DNA of 62,546 bases, filler included, from Sphacelaria rigidula (Eukaryota), in the NCBI GenBank assembly GCA_964200075.2. It is 5 parts of 5 records of this genome, joined end to end, with 100 filler letters (N's around TTAATTAATTAA, not from the genome) between each part and the next. Parts side by side here need not be neighbours in the genome. Positions count along the whole stretch, not along the records: positions 50,119 to 62,546 come from CAXNAA020003784.1; 4 more parts are not named here. One strand, written 5' to 3'. Below the pieces are notes generated by a model. It was not told the origin of the DNA and did no database searches. It saw only the letters and a program-made list of their open reading frames with translations. Below, in pieces: positions 52,006 to 62,546 of this stretch. Within the stretch, counting starts at the first letter, position 1. Each line of letters begins with the position of its first letter. Both the position numbers and the translations under genes were made by a program.

Positions 52006-55000
52006 CCCAACGAGTGCGAGTGCCACGAGTCACACTCGTGATCGCCCGACGTGTGCAAGGTTGCTCGGTTCATGATATAATCATGCGATATATCTTCATT
52101 CTTGTCGCCCGATTCAGAGATGGATCGTGTGGGAGCTTTGAGCTTCCCCTGCACGTGGAATCCGTGTAACCTTGAGACGATGGCGACAGCCTTGCAGATT
52201 GTTCTCTGCCATGGTTCCCACCTTAATGCACTGTTCTGCGTTTAGTTCTAAAATTTCCCTGGAGGCATAACTGCATGTACTGCTGGCGTAATCCCCGCTA
52301 CAGCTATATGGCGCTATGACGGCCAGTGCAACGTCGGCCGTGGCTCACACACGTGAATAATGATGACTTGCAGCATGTGCGTGATAGCGGTGTTTTATAT
52401 GTAGGCGTTGTCTGTGCTGGAGTGTGAAGCAATGGACAATATCCCAATATGCCATTCAGATGAGGTGAGGTCCGAGTTGAGGAACTGAATCCGGCGCTGA
52501 GGATTGCAGCTGTGCGCTACGGGGTACAAAGAGGTTTTGTTCCGAAAAATGCGTGCGTTCATTTACAATATTGTTTGGCGCAAGACTGTACGACACGGTA
52601 CGGGACACCAATTCATGTAGGAGGCAAAAATGGAGCCCAATTGAAAACAAGAAAACAAGCACACTGACGAACAGCAGGTGACAGCTGTTCATATTGAGAC
52701 CCTGAAACCGCTCCCGTGCAAGGCCACTCACATGAATGTACAGGGAGGGACTGATGTATGTATTGAGGTTTCATTTGCGAGTTCTCTACAATACACGATA
52801 CTGTGGTACTGCACTACTGTTGTATACCAAACACTGCACCCAGAGAAACGACAACAGGAAAGATATCCGCCTAGTGCAGAATCAGGATCGGTGGTCTTTC
52901 TCTACGAACATGGATACATACAGACACCAATGCACGTAGACACACCTTGGCAACGGTTAGCGCTTGGGTCAATGTCGCGTTGTCCGCGTAGAGCAAGGAT
53001 TGGCACATGAGCTCTGGGGGTATCGGCAGCAACGACCGACGTGTTGTCCTCGTCTTCAGTTGCGGTTTTATCCCACACACAGCAGCAACAAGGCCACCAT
53101 CATGAATCGGTGTAGGCTGGTTGCAGACTTCCTCGCGACTTAACGCCGCAGATGAAGTCAGCGAACGCTTCATGTGAAGATGCTGACGAGGGAGTGATCC
53201 GGGACTCCAAAGCGTCGTAGGTCACACCGTGCGTCGCAGGTATGCAAAGTGCAAAGGACAGCGGCTTCTGTTCTTTGTCATTTCGTATACTACTCTAGGC
53301 TCTACGCTCGCAGACCCGCGATCAGTACACACCCGTACAACTTCATTGGAGCCACCTGATCGAAATGGGTTAGAGGTGTGATCACCCCTGAAAAGCAAAG
53401 CAAACAGAGGTGATAGGTGTGCGGGTTCAGATGCTCCATTTCATCCTCCCCGCTCTGCTTTTATTTTGGACGAGGTGAACAGGATGAGTGTAAAAAGATG
53501 GTTGAACAGTATCCACAACATGAGGTCATCATGTTTTCGTGGTCGGTTTTGTAGTGTACCGCGCGCAGTCTACAAGGTACGATAGATCAGAGTCGCCGCC
53601 GCACATGACTGATGAGAAGAGCCCGACGTAAATCATTGTTGGAAACTTGAAAATGAGTCCTGTCATTGAAGCAAAATACTTCCGCTCCGAGCGGACATGG
53701 GTAAATCCGGTTGTCGACCACAGGGTATTGAACAATCGTATTTCCCGAGGTTCCTTCAGCGGCAAATCAGAAAACTCTGTGCCACCTTGCCTTTCTAATC
53801 CATGTGATTGATGTCAAGCCTCAAGTATTTTACATGTCCTAGCCAGCGCGATGAAATTTTGTATCCACTCCCGCCGTAGTTGAAATCAAGAGCAAAAAAA
53901 GGGTTCACAACCCCTTCCCAGGCGGGTGCATGCACGCTTGTCACAGGACCATAGGTGTGAGCGAACCGCTAGTGGTGAGTGAATGAATGACCTTTCAAAT
54001 CACATTTCGATTCGAGTACTGATCAAACATGCAACAGGTGGGCGAACAAGAGAGTGTCATGCTCAACATCGAGGAGCAATCCATCCAGGACGCATCGAAA
54101 TCCAACAATCCAAAACTTTCCATGATGCTTTACAGGATCTCTAATTTAAAAACGGCGATACCGGGCAGTGCACACGTTCCTCGATAACACGTCTTGAATA
54201 ACCGCACACTTTCACCCCAATGCTCTGATTTGCTTCCTCACTACGCGTTCCTCGCGTTAAAATCCAGCACAGTCACTCTCGCGGCCCTTCAGACCCGAGC
54301 ATCCAACCGGATACAGTACACTACATGAGAGTGGGGGAGTGGGAGGCGAGCAGAGGGGTGAGGGGTGGCGTGAAAAAACTCATCTCGTCCGAGGTTTTTG
54401 CCCTGTCCCCTCCGCTCGCCACCCACTCGCTGATTGCTACTCTGGGGCGGAGGAGCGAACAGGAAGGCGCCCAAGCAGTGTACAAAATCGCTGTGTTGCG
54501 CCGCCGAACGAGCCAACAAGCTCGTGTCGTTGCGTACGGAAACCACCTGAACTAACAAATACCCCGACAATGATGGCTCAATCATGTCTCAGTCTTCCAC
54601 TTACTCGACCTACACCGGTACACCACAACCCCATGCCATAGCACGCCAGCCCTCTGGTACCGAAAGAAAACTCGAACGTTGGGAAAGGGAGACGGCGATT
54701 ACAAATAGGGGCTGTGCGTTTTCCCACTTTTCATCTCGCCAAGTGTATGTAGAATGTGGGACTACCTCGACGTCTCACCGCGCGTGCCCGAGAAAGCGGG
54801 AATGCAATCCGCCGCGATCCTCACCGTATCCTAAATTCGTCTGATAGTACATGATACACCGCAGCACGTGAGGGACAGCACAGGAGAGACAAACAGAGGC
54901 TACTGGCCTCGATGACCCACAAAAAACGACGGACAGATCCATCAGGAGAGCGCAGGATCTATCTCTCCTTGCCTTGCCACGTAAAAAACAGTCTAACTGT

Positions 55001-55011
55001 ACAGTCAGCTC

Positions 55012-58000
55012 CTAGATGTTGGCCTCGATGAAGGTGACTGCGTCCTTGACAGATTGCATCTTCGTCGCATCTTCCTCGGCGATCTCGATCTTCGAAATGA
55101 GACAAACAATGGAGGAGTATACGGGGGAGGTAAATTGCGGCGGCGATGGGGAGCAGTGAGTAGTACCGTCTCAAATATCCTGTGCCTTGAGATATTTGTC
55201 CCGTGTGGTCTACTTGAGAGTGATGCTCCAGTAGGGGTGCATAAACATTTTCCGAGGTTAGAATTGTTGGGAGCTCTTTGTCCAAGGTAAAACACGAGCT
55301 ATGAAAATATGTAGAAGTACACCAGGATCACTTCTCCAATGTGCTGGGGATGTCCCGAATGAGTTTGCAAGCGGGGATAACCCTGACCCATATTGTTAGG
55401 AGCCCCTGAACTAGACATAATTTCGACAAAAAAGTGCACCCTTACCATAGCATCGCTCTCGACGCTTCACACTTTTTTGTGCTGTACTGCCTGGGAGGAC
55501 AGTGCCGAACGAGAACTTTTACGCTCGTGGAATCGGGAACTTCCAGCGGGTTGGTTTCACTCAGCATCACGTATTGCTTCGACAGGACAGGACCATGTTG
55601 CTTTGTACTCGTCGAGTGGACATCATCATCTCCTTTTATAATGCCCACATTTGCCTCGTTTCTTAGCACCTACTTGGGAACCTTAAACTTGAGACCACGA
55701 CCGGATTCATCACATATCACCTATTCCTCACCTTGAATTCCTCTTCAAGCGCCATGATAAGCTCAATTGTGTCAAGAGAGTCCGCGCCAAGGTCTTCCAC
55801 AAAGGTCGAGTCGAGATTTACTTCACCCTTCTTATCCAGCTGTTCTCCCACGACATCCATCACCTGTTTTCAACGCACAATGAAGCATATGAAACACCGA
55901 CAACTTCTTACGGTAACTCCAGAGCATTTGATTGTTTCCAGGACGCCAAGTTATGACACCGAGATGACACGTATTTCTCGCCCTCGCGGCGAACATGATT
56001 CCAAGTACCCATGCCCCTAATTTTGTGCCGCTGATCACTGAAAACAACCTGCCTCAGCACAACAGAGCATGATACCCGTGACACGTACAACCGTGGACCG
56101 AAGATCGTGACACCACAACAAGGAGAGCAGCAGAGGGGGGGGGGGCGTACTCATTTGTTGCTCGCCTTAGTCGTTCGACCACTGACCACGCATCCCTTTC
56201 GAGACGGAGCAGGGATGGAGGGGCTGGTTGCTGTTGTACGTGGGTGGAACCCTAGACAAAGTTGTATATCCCGTTGCAGTTGTCTGCACCGGCATCGGGG
56301 GCAGACCCGTGGCTTTTTCAAACACTGCGGGGAGAGCGGTTGTAGGCGGTGTCGGGATCGTAGATGAAGGTTCAGTTTTATCACCCGATGAGAATTGCCT
56401 TCTCTCGGTGAATCAAGGTAGAGACTACGACCATTCCTGAGCGTTTTACTTTTTCGCATCCCCGCCGACAGATACACAACATCAACACGTTCGGGCTTGA
56501 CCGAAAAATCTGAACTAGTGTCCCCCTCATAGCAGACTCTCCTTGCCATGCTTGGGGGGGATAAAATATTGTGAATTACATACACGTCATATTTGGTGAG
56601 TTTTACCTATTTTACACAGTGCACACAGGGGCAGTTTCACTTTAAATATGACCATTTCAACACTCGATGTAGGTAAGTTGTCTCCCCCCCCCGTCCAATC
56701 CGCAATGCCACGGTACGCTCTCGCAATCAAGTCGATAGCTTACCCTGTCGACGACGGCTGCCTGCATCCTCATAGGGGAGGTGGTTGCTCGTGTGGAAGT
56801 CCTCTGCTGCGACAACGACAAGTTTGAGCGGATGGGGGCGAAAAACGCATTGCTGCATGCAAACACAAACGAGGCACCGGAGGAGCGAGGGGACATGCCG
56901 GGAGAGGGGGCGGGAACATCTGTTGGAGCGAGGATTATTATTTTGCCACTTGCTTTGTCGCTGGGAGTTTTCAAACATGAGAATTGGTTTTACTCCATGC
57001 TCAACCTTCCAATTTTACACATGTAGGTCCGTCACGCAAGGCCGGATGGAATCTGGTCCTATGTGTCACTGAAGTTTTTCTTTAGTTTATGCACCACTCT
57101 CGGCTTATGCTTCCAGGTTCCTGCACTCTCACTCTGCTGCATGACAGGGTGTTTGACTTCCGAAGGTAACTAGGAGCATTGAAAAACCACCGTTATTCGG
57201 CTTCTCACAACACCGTTCGAAAGCTCCAAATTCTTCTAGGGAAGAGAGTAGCACGAGACGAAGAAAAAAAAAGTATATCGCAATAGGTCGCCCCACACCA
57301 GTCTCGAAGAAAAGGGGGGGGGAGCTCCTGTGCCACCCTTGTCACCCGAGGCAGTGTTTGACCCAAAGGCGCGCCCGAGATAAATCGTCCAGGTTGACTC
57401 CCCTGCTCTGCCTAGGCCGTAGTCAGTTTGCCTTTCCGTCAGGATTAGATTTGGGTCGATTTGAGAGGAGCACGGGCACAGCCCGTAGCTTTCTTCACCA
57501 CCTCCTCTTGGATGGAAAGGGGATCACTCGACCCGTCCTTGTACATGTCTAGAACAACGCTTTGAGCTGTACCGTATTGCCGCATATTTTCATCTCTCCT
57601 GCTTTACAAGTTGAGCACAAACCTTCTGCGAAGTTAAATCAACAGTCACAAGTTTCGGGTCGAGGACGTTCGCTCACAGAATATGGACATGGTGCATTGC
57701 CAATTGCACCGCATGTTGCACTGATTTTGTTTTTTCAACAGGTTAAACACCATCCCGTCGGCCGGCCCCGCGTCAACCATTGGACGTACGAAACTCATTT
57801 TTACTTGCAAAAGAGTACACATAGATTCATTGCTTCAAGGGCAGCTCTGTAACAGGATATGAATGTTCGTTGTTGTCAAGCGTAGAGGGCAAGTGGCCAT
57901 TTCCCGTGATGTGAGCATTGCATGAGTACAAGCTCGACTAGTCGACCATCTTCGGCTGCTGCAATTCCACTAGAGAAAAAAAAGGGTAACCTTCTGAGAG

Positions 58001-61000
58001 CGATCGTCATCTCAAAAGAGTTTTATAAGCTGACAGTCCCGAGACATCCGGGGGTTTCCAGTGCCAAGGGGAGGGGGGTGTCTGTCTGCAGAGCATCGGA
58101 GAAGCTCACGGAGTCAACCGTGCGTGTTACGAAGTTCCCGGCGGAAAATTATGAGCCCTGAACGATGCCCGAGAGGCGCGGGATGCCAATTGTGATCAAT
58201 CACGGTCGTCAAAATGAGCACTTTTGTTTTGGTTCGGGTGGACTAAATTGGACTAATTCGCGTTCTACCCCTGCGACTCATTTTGGCCACGGGGAATCCG
58301 TCATAAATTTCATGTGTACAAATAACTTGTTTAGTATTCTGCTCGTGGTCTACGCCGCCTGCCTGACCCTCAAATGCTGCCAGCATAGCTTCACACTGTC
58401 CGGAGTGTTGTTGAGCACTAGGCAGAGGCACCGGCAGCATGCAGTAAATTGTGTTCAGCGGAGAGCGATGGCACACTTGTACGGCCTCTTGCTGTTGTAT
58501 CCAGTCAAGATATACAGCACACACACATACCGACTCTGCACGCAATTGACTGCACGGTCAAAACTGGTCAGGGATTCTCTGGGACCATTTTCTATATAAA
58601 CGACAAATATCCATATATTCATGGAAAAGACATTATGTAGCTAAAAAAAAGCAGTTCTGAACCTCAAATGTGGCATTGTCCAAGTCAGTCCACCTATGGG
58701 GGGGTCGCTGTGTAAGGGTTGAGGCATCTAACTTCGATGTTGACCAAATGTCATCACCAAATTTGTTTCGCTTGCCACCGCTCATCACAGTGACTGTTGG
58801 ATGCCAAAAAGTGGGCATCCAGAGATATTTGATTTCTCTTGACGAATATCGAAAGAAAAATCATCTGCGATCAATTATGAGTGACTTACGGGCTTGACCG
58901 ATCTTCAGGGGTCCTGCGAAAATACGATCTCAGGCCCTAGCTTTTCGGTGGACCAGCTCCATCTGGATTATATAAGTGAAGACTCAAAAAAGATTGTTTT
59001 TTTCAAATTCCACCTGGTCACTGCGATCAAGCAGGAAAACTATGTTTCTTGGACNNNNNNNNNNATAACACCCTCCTGATGAACGGCGTCTCTACCCGGT
59101 GTCGCCCCCACAACATCAACTTGGGCGATTGTGATTAGAGCATGGTTTGCTTATTTTGCCAAAAATATCGACGCTAGCACTTCCGAGTGCTCATGGAATT
59201 GTTGATGCGAAATCAACCCGAAAATCGGCCATCCCAAAAACATGCTAGACTAAGGTCTGTGCAGTATAGGATGGAAACACGATCTCGATCGTTTGTGTGA
59301 AGAGTTTCATACGTATTAATTTAGCAGAATAGTTAAGTTTCTTCGCTGACGAGCGGGAAAACTGCTTTTATTGGACCAAAACCGGTCAAGAACACCTTTT
59401 TGGTAAACGGGGAATCAAGTCCGTATCGCCCCAAGAACACCAACGTGAGTACTGCAGTTTGAGCGCGGCCTACGCTTCCTCCTCAAATGTACCGGCGCTA
59501 GCACTTTCAAGTAGCAGTGAAGAACGGTACTCCGGAAAAACTCAGAAAAAAAGACAACTACGAATTCTGAAAACTCCTGATGCTCACTACTATACGCAGT
59601 GTTACGCGCCTCGCCTATAATGCGGTACATCGAGCACGTGGATCATGAGCGGGATGGTGATTCGGCAGCTGTAAAGTTGTGGGTAATTCGCCAGGGTCAT
59701 CCTGCACCCCGAACTGCTCCACAACAGCAAATGCTTCCCGTCTGTTGGTACAGTCCGTAAGCACTACTCTCTCCCTTTGACACTGGTAGCCGTTTTGCGG
59801 TAAGGTCAGAAAAGGGTTATATCGACTTGAACCTGGGCGTGCATCCCTTGGATAACAACATACGGTGCAGTGGTCAAAACTAAGACGTGTACCTTTGTGC
59901 TGCAACCGCCGTCTATTCGTGACGGTAAGGGCTTGAATCAACAAGACAAAAAAGAGGTGAAAACGCGCCGTGAGAGTGAGAATGGTTTTGGCGTTTTTTC
60001 AAGATTTCTTTTCCCATTCGTCCTTCCAATTGGTTACGCGTCAGCTCTCAACCAACCGGAAGGACAAAAAAACATCACCAAAAGCGCCAGAACCACCTCC
60101 ATCACTCCCATGAGTCTTTCAAGCCCTGAATTTCGATGCTATGTACTCTATTATAGAAAGCTGACTAGGATTCAGTAGACGTTTGAAAATGATGAGTTCA
60201 AGTCTAGCGGCAGACTACAACCGTTGACATGTCTGGGTGAATCTCCAGTAAAGCCTTCGTTCGTTTCCTCACGCTGTACATGCAGCACAAGTGACACCAG
60301 ACTGCCTGCAGAAAATTCGTGTACATCTCAACCATGATATGCACACCAGTATTGCACTGGATCAGGTCGTTCCGCTGAGGTGAGCACTACTACAACGTAC
60401 GGAACACAGGTATCGACGGGGAGTACAGGCACGGTACCGTACAGAGCCAAATAGGGTACACCTTAACCGCAAACATGTGTCGAGTGAGAGATGTGCTACA
60501 TACAAGCGCACAGTGTAGTCGGTGGGAACATCATGGTGGGGCCTGCCGACCGACACTACCGACAACTACCGTTTCTCATCCGTCACTAAAACATATCCAA
60601 CAGGGGAGGGGAGGCCTTCAAGCGCCTCGGAGCGGCCTGACGGGAAGTGGTACAGCAATACAGTTTCGATGAGCACATGATGATGACACCCTGCGGGAAT
60701 CAGGGATAATACTGTACTAACTGTACAACACAAATGAAAAAAGGCCGTACGGAATGGAGCAAGAGTGGATGTAAGCGGGTTGAGGGCGGAAAGCGACCAA
60801 TGGGCGTGGAGTTGAGTGAAGTAACCACATTCACAGCACTGGCAGGGTGGTGAGGTGCCTCGAGTAGACGCAACCGGACCAGCCGCGCATGCACAAACGG
60901 TTGGTTGCACCCCGACGAAGTGTGTACATTTGGCGATTTTCAAAAGAGAATTGCTATTGAACGACGACAGCACAGAGGAACATGTGTGCTAGCTACCATG

Positions 61001-61813
61001 TTTGAGGACAATCTTGAGCTGTGAACAAGCTGAAGAGGTGCTCCAGGGTAACCACGCCCGAAGTCAGGACTGCATAGTGCTCTACTCATCTCGCGGCACA
61101 TGCATGGCTTGCGATCTCGACTCTACTGTTGTACTGACGGCACATTTAGCAAATATAGAACAGATTGGCTAGTAGTGTCTGGACAGACGCACACGATCGA
61201 CCTTGTCATACAGATGAGCTGAGTGCCAGTAGCAAGCGATAGACGCCATGTACACCGTTTACGGAAGCGAGAAAATCGTTGTCCAGAAACCAGTTCATCC
61301 TATATTGCAGGACAGGGATAACCAGTGGACGGGAGTTCATCACACGGATGGGTAGACCACGGCGCTGTATGAAATCGCCCGCCAGATAGGAATGGTGTCC
61401 CAGTCTGGTTGAGACGCAATCTTGAGGGCCAAAACGGGAAAGTCGAACACTTAAGTCAGTGAGTGACGAACTGGAACAAATGCCGAACACCATCGATTGT
61501 GCATGCACGTGTGGCAAAACACGACGTGTTCCAGACGTCGCCTGTAGCACTTTGGCACAAAACTGCCCTACGATGCATCAAATAACTGGCGCTCATCGCG
61601 CACGATTGGTATGGTGCCATACTACGGTGTGGTGTAGTGAGTGATGAGGCGAGAGAAGCTGAGAACCGCACACCCGACACCAGCGGGTAAGGTCGCGTTC
61701 ATACGCAAGTAAACTTTTCAACATACGAACTACAGGAACCACAAGCAACCACACCTCGCGCCTCACCTGGAGCCGGCCATGACGGCAGCGAGTACGAACT
61801 GGAACACCTTCAT
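55012..61813 (-). CDS. acpP: Plastid-targeted acyl carrier protein, nuclear-encoded, complete (121 aa, 4 exons)
   Basis: Exons 61767-61813 ([15 protein letters not shown], signal peptide), 56744-56852 ([10 protein letters not shown]...[10 protein letters not shown], transit peptide), 55732-55863 (VMDVVGEQL...[24 protein letters not shown]) and 55012-55089 ([28 protein letters not shown]). Total 366 nt. Contains the GADSLD phosphopantetheine motif. Confidence 0.92.
56141..56215 (+). repeat. Repeat subfamily B head in an ACP intron
   Basis: GGGGGCGTACTCATTTGTTGCTCGCCTTAGTCGTTCGACCACTGACCACGCATCCCTTTCGAGACGGAGCA, preceded by a G-run. Confidence 0.75.
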
Positions 61814-62546
61814 GTTATTTGAATAATAGGGTCGAAACGGCTCGAGAGATGGCGACGCTGTACGGAAGGAGAAGAGGTCAGCTCGGAGGTAAAAGGCGTG
61901 AGTACGTCGCCGTGCGGCTCAATTTGCAATATGTTTACTTTCTTCGTGTTTTTGTTTTGCTTTCCCTTCACTAAGGGTTTGTCTCTGACCAGCGATATGA
62001 ACGACTTTTCCATCTCCACTTTTTGACCCGCGATCACGAAATAATTAAACCGCATGTCGCACGAACTCATGACAACGTTCGAATGATTATACAAAAGAGG
62101 TGGGGGTGGGAAGTTTGATTCCACGAAAAATGGCCCATTGGAGTGTCAGGCGACCTAGCGCACTCGCGGCGTGCTTGTATTTGGGTGAAAGCGGTGTTCA
62201 GCAGTATGGATGAATGTTTTCTATCGGTAACAACCGCGTTCGAATCGCAACTAACCGTTGCTGCTGTCGTGGCAAAAATGGCCCCAAATACCCCCCCCCC
62301 CCCTAAAAAAGTAGGGTAATTTATTCCATATCAACATTCTAATATAGCCTCTGAAGCCTTACAAGGTAACGAACGCGATGATACCGTTTGATACTCTCGG
62401 AGATATTTCTCGGGGAAAGAGTAGCGGTTCACGGACCCCCTTCTGACACGCCAGTGAAGAGGGTTCCAGACTGGCATCGTCTCCTCTCCTGCAAACAGCC
62501 AATCATCTATGTTGAGGATGGTGCTTTTGATTGAGGATGAGAACCC

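Noticed and set aside
53607..53650. Hammerhead ribozyme core (CTGATGAG...GAAAC)
   Set aside because: There is no stem II closing pair (needs CGAAA) and no flanking helices.
33561..61813. Apparent lipoate/fatty-acid gene cluster (lipoyl-domain protein near ACP)
   Set aside because: The genes are on different contigs joined by artificial spacers, so there is no evidence of linkage.

Overview
Intron-rich eukaryotic nuclear DNA, most consistent with a brown alga (Phaeophyceae, stramenopile). This is inferred from long GT-AG introns, short exons, a heterokont-type bipartite plastid presequence and the repeat landscape. The window is not one locus. It is five contigs of almost equal length (1-12430, 12531-24960, 25061-37489, 37590-50018, 50119-62546) joined by 100-nt N/TTAATTAATTAA spacers, so adjacency across spacers means nothing. 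Each contig carries one spliced gene that I rebuilt by hand with phase-consistent splice sites. (1) A 5'-partial AWS-SET-postSET H3K36-type histone methyltransferase (+). (2) A kinesin-12/KIF15-like motor with a long coiled coil, partial at both ends (-). (3) A lipoyl-domain protein that ends without E3-binding or acyltransferase domains, 5'-partial (-). (4) A large multi-IQ plus B-box protein, 3'-partial (+). (5) A complete nuclear-encoded, plastid-targeted acyl carrier protein (-). Introns and intergenic DNA hold tRNA-derived SINEs, a TA-flanked Mariner-type MITE, fold-back elements, Gypsy and piggyBac relics, and an abundant interspersed family whose subfamilies share a GTACTCAT head. I see no unambiguous new multi-gene system. 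The best leads are the lipoyl-only protein, a G:U-biased hairpin that could be a miRNA precursor, inverted repeats flanking a catalytic SET exon, and the shared-head repeat family.
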